A DNA stretch of 64,000 bases from Polyangiaceae bacterium (GTDB taxonomy: Bacteria; Myxococcota_A; Polyangia; Polyangiales; Polyangiaceae), in contig JBNKBE010000009.1 of the NCBI GenBank assembly GCA_050287085.1, forward strand, positions 64,001-128,000. Direction: 5' to 3'. Positions 51,634 to 60,509 of this stretch are shown here, one piece after another. The notes under the pieces are model-generated. The model worked only from the letters and a program-made list of their open reading frames with translations, was not told the origin of the DNA and did no database searches. Each line of letters starts with the position of its first letter. Within the stretch, counting starts at the first letter, position 1. The position numbers and the translations under genes are program-made.

Positions 51634-52977
51634 ATGACTCGAGTTCACAATCGTTCTGTCCTTCCGGCGCGATCGAGTGCAGCCCACGGCGCGCTCTCCG
51701 GATTGATCGCACTCACCGGATTGATCGCACTACCTGCCTGCAGCTCGGCACCGGCCGACGGTGGAACAACGACCCCGAGCCAGCAAGACGGAAGCCTTCA
51801 GGGCGCCGCAGGTGCGGTGTCCGCTCCAGGTCCGAGCGCTGAAGGGCCAAGCGTGCCCACACCGGGTGCGCCGAGTGGCGATACCGAGGACACGGTGATT
51901 GACAGTGACGTCGATTTGCCCGCCTTGCCCTCCGGGGGCTCGGGCACCGAAACCTGCGGGGGCAACGTCGTGCCCACGGCCATCCGTGACGTCGTACTGG
52001 CCTTCGTATTCGATGTTTCCGCCAGCATGGGCGTCGACGGTGACTCGGAGTCCCGGTACAGCAGGACCCTCAAGTGGGAACCGGTAGTTGCAGCCAGCAA
52101 GGCATTCTTCGCCGATCCGTCCTCCCAGGGGATGAGTGCGACGCTCACCTTCTTCCCGAATGAGTTCTCGCCCTTGTACCCAGACCGTGGAGGAAACGGG
52201 ATCCCAGACGAAACCTGCGACGCCGCTGAGTACGCAGACGCAGACGTCCCCTTGACCCCGCTCCCTTCGGCGGACTTTGCCGCGGGTATCGACGCAGTCA
52301 CCCCCGAAGACGAAGACCATTGGCGCTCGGGAACCCCAACTCTCCCTGCCCTGCAGGGCACCTACCAGTCCCTTCTCAAGATGAAGGAACAAAACCCGGA
52401 CGCGAGCTACTCCGTTGTACTCGTCACAGATGGGGAGCCCCAGGGCTGTCCCGGTGGTATCGCCGACATCGCCGCGGAAGTGGCCGGCGTGTCCGCGGAC
52501 ATCCAGACCTACGTGATCGGAGTGGAGAGCCCCACCGGCCGCAACCTGAGCCCCAGAGGCGGGGGCGGCGAGGGCCCAGGCCTTGGCAACCTCGCGGCCA
52601 TCGCGGAGGCGGGTGGAACCGATCACAGTGTGTTCCTCATCGATACCAATGACCCGGACAAGACCTCGGCGGACTTTGCGGCTATCATCGCCCAGATCCG
52701 GGAAGAAAACTTCTCTTGCGAGATCGGCATCCCCACCGCGGACGGCGCAACGCCAACGATGGTCAACGTATCCTTCGAAAGTGCCGACGGGGTGAAGACG
52801 GGCTACGTTCTCGACCAGGATTGCGCCAGCGACTCGGGCTGGCGCTACAACGACCCCACCGCGCCGACGGCGATCGAGCTCTGTCCCAACGTCTGCGAAA
52901 GCCTGCGAGGTCACGCCCTCGATGGGCAACTCAGCGTGGAACTCGGCTGTCCGCCGATTGTCTACACGCCGCAGTAA
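51634..52977 (+). CDS. vWA-domain lipoprotein
   Basis: ALPAC; MIDAS elements FVFDVSASMG, GTPT, VLVTDGEP, YVIGV; Cys-rich C-terminal domain; start uncertain. Confidence 0.88.
   Translation: MTRVHNRSVLPARSSAAHGALSGLIALTGLIALPACSSAPADGGTTTPSQQDGSLQGAAGAVSAPGPSAEGPSVPTPGAPSGDTEDTVIDSDVDLPALPSGGSGTETCGGNVVPTAIRDVVLAFVFDVSASMGVDGDSESRYSRTLKWEPVVAASKAFFADPSSQGMSATLTFFPNEFSPLYPDRGGNGIPDETCDAAEYADADVPLTPLPSADFAAGIDAVTPEDEDHWRSGTPTLPALQGTYQSLLKMKEQNPDASYSVVLVTDGEPQGCPGGIADIAAEVAGVSADIQTYVIGVESPTGRNLSPRGGGGEGPGLGNLAAIAEAGGTDHSVFLIDTNDPDKTSADFAAIIAQIREENFSCEIGIPTADGATPTMVNVSFESADGVKTGYVLDQDCASDSGWRYNDPTAPTAIELCPNVCESLRGHALDGQLSVELGCPPIVYTPQ
51698..51733 (+). repeat. 18-bp tandem duplication inside the signal peptide
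   Basis: ccggattgatcgcactca / ccggattgatcgcactac (GLIALT-GLIALP). Confidence 0.85.
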
Positions 52978-53068
52978 GTTACCACGCCGCAGTAAGTTAC
53001 CACGCCGCAGTAAGTTACCACGCCGCAGTAAGTTACCACGCCGCAGTAGGTTACCACGCCGCAGTAGG
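52965..53068. repeat. 18-bp tandem repeat, about 5.8 copies, spanning the vWA stop codon
   Basis: (cacgccgcagtaagttac)x4, then cacgccgcagtaggttac and cacgccgcagtagg. Confidence 0.97.
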
Positions 53069-53130
53069 CGCTGACACTCTGCTTCCGGTATCAGCGTCTA
53101 CTAGGGTGGGCGCGCGGCAGCAGACGAGGA

Positions 53131-53159
53131 CCGCCCCGACCGAACACAGATCGGGGCGG
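53131..53159. terminator. GC hairpin between convergent genes
   Basis: ccgccccga-N11-tcggggcgg; no U-tract. Confidence 0.4.
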
Positions 53160-53201
53160 CGTGGAAAGCTGCGCTAGGAAACAGCGCGGGCTCGGGGAGT
53201 C

Positions 53202-54695
53202 TCAGCGCCAAGACTCGATCAGCGCGAGACCGAAACGTAGCAGCTCCTCAGCTCGAGCTTCGCTGCCCGCCTCGGTATAACATCGGAGCTCAGGGGCGTT
53301 GCCCGATGGTCTCAGGTGAACAACTTCGTCGTTGGCGAAGGTGATACGTAAACCGTCGGTCTGATCCACCGAAACTGCGGCGGCCGAAACCCACGGCATG
53401 GCCTCGCCGATAAGCGCCAGCGACGTTGCTGATTCGCTCCTGGAATCCGACGCAACAAAGCTCCTGATACGCTCGTGAGCGTTCTCAGTGGGGAATTCCT
53501 TCGCTCGTCCGCTTGCCGTAAAACGCTGCGGCAAGTCCTTGGACAATCCCGACAATGACGTCCCTTCACGTCGGCTGAGCAACAATGCGCTGAGAATCGG
53601 GAGCACGGCATCGCGGGTGGGAAGCGGGGACAAGGTCACTTGCCCCAAGGGCAAAGGGCTTTGCTGCAGGAAGCCGCCGTTGGCTTCGTAACCGACCACA
53701 GGAGCCTCGCCTTCGGCGGCCAAGGTCTGCATGGCTTCGATAACAAAAGGCGAGCCGATCCGGGTCCGTTGCACGCGCGCAAAATACCCGCACTTTTCTG
53801 CGACGCTGTTGCAGCTGACGGGCGTGGCGATGACTCGTGCGCCTAAGAAGCGCGCACTCAACACCCCCAGCACGTCGCCACGAAGCCATTTGCCGGTCTC
53901 GTCGGCAACCAGCGGCCTGTCGCAGTCGCCGTCGGCACTCACGATCGAGTCGAATGTTCCCTCCGCCGCCCATTGCCGTGCCAACACCACGTCCTCGGGA
54001 CGCAGAGCCTCAGTGTCGACGGGCACGAAGCGTTCCGAGCGACCGAGTGCCACTGCGTCGGCCCCCAGCGCTTGCAGCACTTCCAGCAGCAGATCGCGCC
54101 CCACGGTGGAATGCTGGTAGACACCAACGCGCAAACCCTTGAGACAATCTGAAGGCAGCGCACGGGTAAAGCGCTCCCGATAGCGGAGCGCTACGGTGGC
54201 ATCAACAGGAGGGAGGTGTGCTTCTTCCTGCAGCGCCCCCTCTTCGTCAAAGAGCCCTTGGGCCAGCTCGATGCTCGCCCTCCGGATCTCCTGCTCGTCC
54301 TGCTTGTCGATCTCGCCGTCAAATCGGTTGAACTTGATGCCGTTGCGATCGTCGGGGATGTGACTGCCTGTGACCATGATGGAGGGTACGCCCTGAGCAA
54401 TACCGGCAAGTGCCACGGCAGGGCTTGGCACGAAGCCGGCGTGAATGACTTGCATCCCCTCATGTTCGCAGGCAACACCCACAGCCGACATGATGCGCGG
54501 CGTGCTGGGTCGCAGATCACCACCGACGACTACTGCGCCGAAGGAACGTCCGAAGCGCTCGCTCTGCTGACGCAGAAACGCCCGTGTGTAGCAATACGCG
54601 ACGCGGTCAGTGATGGCCTCCGCCAGACCGCGAGCTCCGCTCGTGCCAAACTTTACGCCACTCGACTCCATCAACTCGGCGATCCCTATCGTCAT
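53202..54695 (-). CDS. manB: Phosphomannomutase/phosphoglucomutase
   Basis: FGTSGARG, TGSHIP, RNGIKF, DGDCDR, GYEANGG, HLRPSGNAPELRCY. Confidence 0.92.
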   Translation of the reverse strand: MTIGIAELMESSGVKFGTSGARGLAEAITDRVAYCYTRAFLRQQSERFGRSFGAVVVGGDLRPSTPRIMSAVGVACEHEGMQVIHAGFVPSPAVALAGIAQGVPSIMVTGSHIPDDRNGIKFNRFDGEIDKQDEQEIRRASIELAQGLFDEEGALQEEAHLPPVDATVALRYRERFTRALPSDCLKGLRVGVYQHSTVGRDLLLEVLQALGADAVALGRSERFVPVDTEALRPEDVVLARQWAAEGTFDSIVSADGDCDRPLVADETGKWLRGDVLGVLSARFLGARVIATPVSCNSVAEKCGYFARVQRTRIGSPFVIEAMQTLAAEGEAPVVGYEANGGFLQQSPLPLGQVTLSPLPTRDAVLPILSALLLSRREGTSLSGLSKDLPQRFTASGRAKEFPTENAHERIRSFVASDSRSESATSLALIGEAMPWVSAAAVSVDQTDGLRITFANDEVVHLRPSGNAPELRCYTEAGSEARAEELLRFGLALIESWR

Positions 54696-54849
54696 GGGCA
54701 ACGCATATCCCACAGGACGCGCGCAGTGCCAAGTCCCTCTCCGCCACGGGGCGGACGGATGCTCTTCACTCCTACCCCGTCCGTGTCCACCACGGCGCAA
54801 CCTCCAGAGCAGGGTCACGCCAAGTCACTGCGGAGCATTCGATCGTGAT

Positions 54850-55356
54850 ATGCCCCCCAAAGTGCCCGATTCCTTCGCCCCCCAAGTACGCGGCGCCACG
54901 CCCAGAGACGCCCAGGCCATCTATGACTTGATCTGCGATTTGGCGACCTACGAGCGCGCACGCAGCGCAGTGCGCACTTCCGCGGAGCGCATCGCCGAAC
55001 AATTGGCGAGCAGCAGGCCCCCTTTCGAGTGCCTGCTCTGCGAAGCCGGAGGAGAAGTCGCAGGCTTCTGTCTCTTCTTCCCCAACTACTCGACCTGGGA
55101 GGGTTGTCCGGGCCTCTATATCGAAGATCTCTATGTGCGCGAGAGCCTTCGTCGCCGTGGCCTAGGCCGCGCACTCTTCTTGCGAGTATGCCAGCTGGCC
55201 CTTGAGCGCGGCTGCGCACGGGTAGAGTGGGCGGCTCTCAACTGGAACAATCCGGCCATCGCATTCTATCGCTCCTTCGAAGCCGAGGCCCTAGACGAAT
55301 GGACGACTTTCCGCCTTTCGGGCTCAACACTACAAGCCACGCGAACCCAGCGCTAG
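54850..55356 (+). CDS. GNAT N-acetyltransferase (diamine/SSAT-like)
   Basis: LATYE, NYSTWEG, LYIEDLYV, RRRGLG, LNWNNPAIAFY. Confidence 0.9.
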   Translation: MPPKVPDSFAPQVRGATPRDAQAIYDLICDLATYERARSAVRTSAERIAEQLASSRPPFECLLCEAGGEVAGFCLFFPNYSTWEGCPGLYIEDLYVRESLRRRGLGRALFLRVCQLALERGCARVEWAALNWNNPAIAFYRSFEAEALDEWTTFRLSGSTLQATRTQR

Positions 55357-55382
55357 AGCACCCAGCGCTCGGTACTCCAGCG

Positions 55383-56381
55383 CTAGAGCAGAGATAGCCA
55401 GTGCTGGACCTGAACAATACGGCGCAAGGGGTAGAAGAAGAGCGGCGCCGTCAGCTCCATCCACAACACATGGCCCACGACCGCCACCCCCCGAGCGACG
55501 AGTCGCTGCCCCTCCCCTCGGTGGGTCCAGAGCGGCCGCCCCCGCCGGAGCGAGAGCAGCACAACAGCCGCACCTTGCAGCAGAAAGAAGGCTGACATCC
55601 ACCCCAGTCCGCCGCCCAACGCGGCCCACACGGTGTATTCGTGCACCAGCGCACTTAGAACAAATACGAGAAGCCCAGCAGCGCGCACGCCCACGACCCG
55701 TCGCGTCGGAAGAAACACGAGGCGATGGGCAAGATTGCGGAAGGTCAGGTTCCAACGCCGACCCCAAAAGTCGACCGGGGAAGCCGCCAAGGGCGGCATC
55801 CGAAACACCTCGGCCGTAGGGCGACCGCTGAGCGCCGACGAGAGGGCTGTCGCTACATCGGCCATCGTCGACGCCGCCAGGTAGCTGAAGGCAAGCCACC
55901 AGCTGGTACCCACAATCCCGTCGTCGTCATAGAGCGCCCCAGCACCCCGTCCGCCGACGAGCAGCAGGAAGACCAAGCTCCCCTTGAGCAGCGCCCGTAG
56001 GCTGCGCCAAGCCGCCACGGAGAGGGCCCGCTTAGGTTGCCGTTCACGCCGCAGATCAAGCTCCCCAAAACTGAACAGGGCCAAGGAGAACTCGGGCCAC
56101 GACGGCGCTTGACCGAGAGTGGGTGGACGCCGAACAACCAGCTCCCATTGACGCAAGACGAGCAACACCGAGACCACCGCCACGGCAAAGCGAACAAGCC
56201 CCCACTGGGCGGGACATGTCCACGGCGCTGCCAAAGCCAATAGACCTAGCAGAACCCCCACACCGGCTGGGAGTCGAGCCCCGCGCCGGGTCCACGTCCA
56301 GCTGCCCAAAGCGGACAACGTCCACAGGACGCAGGCCGCCAGCAAGCGCAGCGCAATGTCAGGAAGCGAGACCACGGGCAC
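55383..56381 (-). CDS. MBOAT-family (wax-synthase-like) membrane acyltransferase
   Basis: P.LAASPVDFWGRRWN, VFVLSALVHEY (catalytic His), FFLLQG; multi-TM. Confidence 0.85.
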   Translation of the reverse strand: MPVVSLPDIALRLLAACVLWTLSALGSWTWTRRGARLPAGVGVLLGLLALAAPWTCPAQWGLVRFAVAVVSVLLVLRQWELVVRRPPTLGQAPSWPEFSLALFSFGELDLRRERQPKRALSVAAWRSLRALLKGSLVFLLLVGGRGAGALYDDDGIVGTSWWLAFSYLAASTMADVATALSSALSGRPTAEVFRMPPLAASPVDFWGRRWNLTFRNLAHRLVFLPTRRVVGVRAAGLLVFVLSALVHEYTVWAALGGGLGWMSAFFLLQGAAVVLLSLRRGRPLWTHRGEGQRLVARGVAVVGHVLWMELTAPLFFYPLRRIVQVQHWLSLL

Positions 56382-57417
56382 GACGACGAGCGCCTAATGC
56401 CAGACAGCCCACGACGCCAAGCCCAAAACCGATTGGAACAGAACTGCCGCCCGATTCTCGGCTGCCGGCCACCGTGCCAACGCTGCAGTCCGCATTCCCC
56501 GTACCGGTCGCCGCGGCATGGCAAGCGGCTTGGGAGAGAGCCGCGTCGGACACGCCCGGCTCGGAACACTCATCGGGCAGCCCCGCGGGCGGGAAGATGC
56601 TGCAAACTCCGTCGACGTCGTCCTGATCGAAATCACGCCCCAGCAGATCGAGACCACTGTAGCTGGTCGCCATGATGGCGCGATCGTTGTCCGAATGAGC
56701 AAGCCCCAGGAAGTGTCCGGCCTCGTGGGTGACGATCGAGAGCACCACCCGACGCAGCACGTCCGCTGGGTAGCTGGCTACGATTCGAAACTGATTGAGT
56801 TCCACATCCGCGTCGAAAATCCGCCCCGACTCAACCCCAAATGTCGAGGTGGTGTAGCCCAAGGCCAGATCGCTATGGCGCCAGCATAGCTCGTCTTCCT
56901 GCGCTGTCACACACGGGTCGGTGAACCGCCACACGCTGAGGTTCAACTCAGGAAGTTGCTCGCAGAAGAAGCGCCCGTGAGCCTCCACTACTCCCGCCGA
57001 TGAGGCCATGAATCCTGGCCCTTCGCCGCCACCACAATCAACGTCCGCCCAGCGCTGAAAAGCCTCGAGCACAACATCCTCGAACTCTACATCGGTCAAA
57101 CCGACCGAGGCCGCAGCTCCAGCCTCCACGGCAAACTGCAGACACGCTGACGCGTAGAATAGGTCATCGCCTTCCGTGATGCAGTCGCGGCTATCGCGCT
57201 GGCACTGAACATCGACGCAATCGCTCGGTGCGTCCGGAACGCTGCAGTCGATGTCCTCGCAGGTCTTCTGACGACAATACGCACTGGCCGTGGCCGGAAA
57301 CGCAATTGCCCCCAAGGTGAGACAGAGACCCAAAGCGCGTCGCCGACCTGGCGCGGAACCGAGACGTCGCGCCCCGAGCAGCTGGGGCGGTGAAGCGGGC
57401 ACAGGAGCGGCGATCAT
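56359..57417 (-). CDS. Matrixin-family metalloprotease with MYXO-CTERM-like sorting tail
   Basis: Signal ASA-YC; DADVELN; HEAGHFLGLAHS plus Met-turn AIM; tail DCSV..TM..RRRAR. Confidence 0.9.
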   Translation of the reverse strand: MIAAPVPASPPQLLGARRLGSAPGRRRALGLCLTLGAIAFPATASAYCRQKTCEDIDCSVPDAPSDCVDVQCQRDSRDCITEGDDLFYASACLQFAVEAGAAASVGLTDVEFEDVVLEAFQRWADVDCGGGEGPGFMASSAGVVEAHGRFFCEQLPELNLSVWRFTDPCVTAQEDELCWRHSDLALGYTTSTFGVESGRIFDADVELNQFRIVASYPADVLRRVVLSIVTHEAGHFLGLAHSDNDRAIMATSYSGLDLLGRDFDQDDVDGVCSIFPPAGLPDECSEPGVSDAALSQAACHAAATGTGNADCSVGTVAGSRESGGSSVPIGFGLGVVGCLALGARRRARGLAS

Positions 57418-57519
57418 TGTGTAAATCAGACGGCAACCACAACGAAATGCAAAGAGAAAACACGCCGGCAGTGAGGAAAATCAAAGCTGGTACACCCCCG
57501 CTCTGGCAAGAGGAAATAT

Positions 57520-58434
57520 TTGGGACAATCATTGGGCGTCTGCTACCTGTGCGGCACCTTGAGAAGCTTTCGTGTCGTCGTGCCGGAGGACCTAGACGGC
57601 TTGCGGCTCGATCAATGCCTCGCTCGCCTGATTCCGGAGTTGTCTCGCAAGAAGGCCCAAGTCGCACTGAGCGTCGGGTGCGTCTTCTGCGATAAGCGAC
57701 GTACCAAAGTCGCCAGCCGGGCGGTGCGCCAGGGTGAGGAATTGAGTGTTCACCTAGGAGCTCCCTTCGACAGCGCACTCAGTCCGGAAGGAGCGTTCGA
57801 AGCGCCTCCCGTTGATGTGCTCTTCGAGGATCGAGATCTGGTCGTAATCCACAAACCATCCGGCACTCATAGCGTCCCCACCCCCGAAGGCGACGTCGGA
57901 ACCGCCCTCCACCAACTCGAGGTGCGTACTGGTCGCAGACAGACCCTTTTTGTGGTGCATCGGCTCGACATGCCAACCAGCGGGATACTGGTTTTCGCCA
58001 AGACCAAGCTGGCCGACCGCAGTCTGAGCGAGACGTTCAAGCGTCACGATCTCACGCGGCGTTATGATGCCTTTGTTGTTGGAAAGCTGGCGGGCGATCG
58101 CCGCATAGACGCTCCGCTTCGCGGCAAGAGGGCCGTCACTCACGTGCGGGTGCTGGAGCAGGTCGGCCCCATAACGTGGGTGGAAGCCACGCTCGAGACC
58201 GGCCGTACCCATCAGATCCGCCGACACCTGGCCGACCTAGGACATCCTGTCACAGGCGACACCCACTACGGCCGCGCCGAGCCCCCTTGTCCTCGCCTGG
58301 GACTGCACGCCAAACATCTGAGCTTCTTGCACCCTCGAACCGGCGCGGGCCTCAGCTTCGACGCTGCCTTGCCCGACGACCTGGAACGCTGGTTGAAGGA
58401 CTTGCGGACTGGGCTGCCCCAGGCTCCGCTCTGA
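57520..58434 (+). CDS. RluA-family pseudouridine synthase with S4 domain
   Basis: GLRLDQCL, HKPSG, VHRLDMPTSG, LETGRTHQIRRH, GHPVTGD..YG, LHA. Confidence 0.93.
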   Translation: MGQSLGVCYLCGTLRSFRVVVPEDLDGLRLDQCLARLIPELSRKKAQVALSVGCVFCDKRRTKVASRAVRQGEELSVHLGAPFDSALSPEGAFEAPPVDVLFEDRDLVVIHKPSGTHSVPTPEGDVGTALHQLEVRTGRRQTLFVVHRLDMPTSGILVFAKTKLADRSLSETFKRHDLTRRYDAFVVGKLAGDRRIDAPLRGKRAVTHVRVLEQVGPITWVEATLETGRTHQIRRHLADLGHPVTGDTHYGRAEPPCPRLGLHAKHLSFLHPRTGAGLSFDAALPDDLERWLKDLRTGLPQAPL

Positions 58435-58721
58435 GAGCCCCGAAGCAGAGCGTGGGCGGCCCAGCCTGGGGCGGAGAGCCCTCCGAAGTTTCGGGTCAGT
58501 GGAATTCGCCGCGCCGGAACAAACCTTCCCTTGCCGGGCGCACACAAAGCCCGTAGTTGTCCGCCTCTTGGCCACAGTCCAGGCTCCGGGCCTGGCCCGC
58601 CTCGGCGCCCGTTGGCGCGCTGCGGACCGGTTCGAAGCCATGCCCCTCGCCGAGTCGATCCGCAACGCGACGCCGACTCGTTCACCCCGAGGGGAGCCGC
58701 CAAAAAACGTGTATATCTCTG

Positions 58722-60476
58722 ATGACTGAATCCTCCCCCTTCGACCTGGTCTCTCCTCCTCTGCGCCGCGCTCTGGAAGAGCAAGGCTTCGACAGCCTCA
58801 CCGTTGTACAGAGCGCAATCCTCGAGGCTCTCGCCGCCTCATCGGAGCCAGAGAATCTCCGAATCTCTTCCCAAACCGGCTCTGGAAAGACGGTTGCGCT
58901 CGGTCTCGCCGTGGCGGCCCAGCTGCTTGCGAATGCGAGCGAGAATGCTCCCGGGCCACGTGCCCTGATCATCACGCCTACAAGAGAGCTCGCGGCCCAA
59001 GTGCAGTCTGAACTGCAATGGTTGTTTCGGTACACGAGCCTGACCACAGATGTCGTCACCGGCGGGACCGACGTGCGACGCGAGAAGCGGCGACTCGAAA
59101 GCAGACCGGATGTGCTGGTGGCGACCCCCGGGCGCCTGCTTGACCACATGCAAAACAAGAACGTCGACTGCTCCGCAGTCGCTACGGTCGTGCTCGACGA
59201 GGCCGATCAGATGCTCGACATGGGGTTCAAAGATGAACTCGATGCCATAGTCGACGCTCTCCCCACCCAGCGACTGAGCCATCTCGTTTCTGCGACCTTC
59301 TCAGACGCGGTCAAGCACCTCGCGCAGCGCTTTCAAGGCCAGGCCCGCATCGTCGAAGGCACCAAGCTCGGTGCCGCGAACGCGGACATCGAGCACGTAG
59401 CGTACCTGGTAGATCCAAGAGAGAAGTATGCAGCCCTCGTCAACATTCTGCTGCATCATTTTGGAGAACGCTGCCTGGTCTTCGTCCAGACCCGCACCGA
59501 CACGAGCGAGGTGGCCGAGCGCCTGGCGGAAGACGGCTTCAGCGCACTCCCGTTTTCCGGAGATCTTGCCCAAGCTCAGCGCGCTCGTACGTTGAGCGCC
59601 TTCAAGAACGGTATCGTCAATACCCTGGTCGCTACCGACGTGGCCGCTCGTGGCATCGATGTGCCGGGGATCCGTGTGGTCGTCCACGGCGACCTGCCCA
59701 AAGAGACGGACGTCTACACTCACCGGAGCGGCCGCACCGGCCGCGCGGGACAAAGCGGAACGAGCATCAGCATCGTTGTGCCGCGAACCGAAATGCGTGC
59801 CCGCCGCTTGTTCCAGAGCGCACGCGTCGATATCAAGTGGTCGGAGCTGCCGACGGGCCGCAAGATCCGTCAGCGCATCACCAAAGCAACGCGGCGAAAT
59901 CTGTACGACGTGCTTCAAACCCGCAGCTTCGACGAGGCAGAGCTCGAGTACGCCAAGCTGCTGCTAGAACGCGAGGACCCGACGCGAGTAGTGGCGACTC
60001 TACTTACGATGGCGGAAACGCGCCTGCCGCGGGACGCCTTTGATATCAAACCGGTCGAACCGACGCCAGCTCGGGCGCCGCGGGGTCCGCGCGCCTCGAG
60101 CTACACCCGCTTCTCCATCAATTGGGGCGCGAAGCAAGGCGCCAACACCAATCGCGTGTTGTCCCACGTCTGCCGCCGCGGCGAGGTGCGCAGCGCAGAT
60201 ATCGGCTCCATCGAGGTCAACACCCACAACACGCTGATCGAAATCAATAGCGAGCTCGCTGCGGATTTCGAACGCAAGGTGAAGAAGCCGGACACCCGCG
60301 ATCCGGGAGTGATCATCACGCGCGATCGCTCTGCCGCCCGACCTTCATCCGATCGTCGAGCTCGCCCCGGCGCGCCTCGACCGCACGTTGCGCGCGAACT
60401 TGCAGGTGCCCCTCGCGGGGGCCGCGTCCAGCGCGCCGAGCGCGGGAAACGCACACGCCAAAGCGCCAAGGAGTGA
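58722..60476 (+). CDS. DEAD-box RNA helicase with DbpA-type RNA-binding domain
   Basis: QTGSGKT, PTRELA, TPGRLLD, DEAD, SAT, ARGID, HRSGRTGRAG. Confidence 0.95.
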   Translation: MTESSPFDLVSPPLRRALEEQGFDSLTVVQSAILEALAASSEPENLRISSQTGSGKTVALGLAVAAQLLANASENAPGPRALIITPTRELAAQVQSELQWLFRYTSLTTDVVTGGTDVRREKRRLESRPDVLVATPGRLLDHMQNKNVDCSAVATVVLDEADQMLDMGFKDELDAIVDALPTQRLSHLVSATFSDAVKHLAQRFQGQARIVEGTKLGAANADIEHVAYLVDPREKYAALVNILLHHFGERCLVFVQTRTDTSEVAERLAEDGFSALPFSGDLAQAQRARTLSAFKNGIVNTLVATDVAARGIDVPGIRVVVHGDLPKETDVYTHRSGRTGRAGQSGTSISIVVPRTEMRARRLFQSARVDIKWSELPTGRKIRQRITKATRRNLYDVLQTRSFDEAELEYAKLLLEREDPTRVVATLLTMAETRLPRDAFDIKPVEPTPARAPRGPRASSYTRFSINWGAKQGANTNRVLSHVCRRGEVRSADIGSIEVNTHNTLIEINSELAADFERKVKKPDTRDPGVIITRDRSAARPSSDRRARPGAPRPHVARELAGAPRGGRVQRAERGKRTRQSAKE

Positions 60477-60478
60477 CC

Positions 60479-60496
60479 CCTCCCTCCAACGGGAGG
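60479..60496. terminator. Short hairpin between convergent genes
   Basis: cctccc-tccaac-gggagg directly after the helicase stop; no U-tract. Confidence 0.3.
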
Positions 60497-60509
60497 CGGC
60501 AGAGCCCTG

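Noticed and set aside
47411..53068. Repeat arrays as CRISPR
   Set aside because: The units are contiguous with no unique spacers, and no cas genes are present.
52716..53177. ORF with (YHAAVS)n repeats
   Set aside because: It is an alternate-frame product of the tandem array overlapping the vWA gene.
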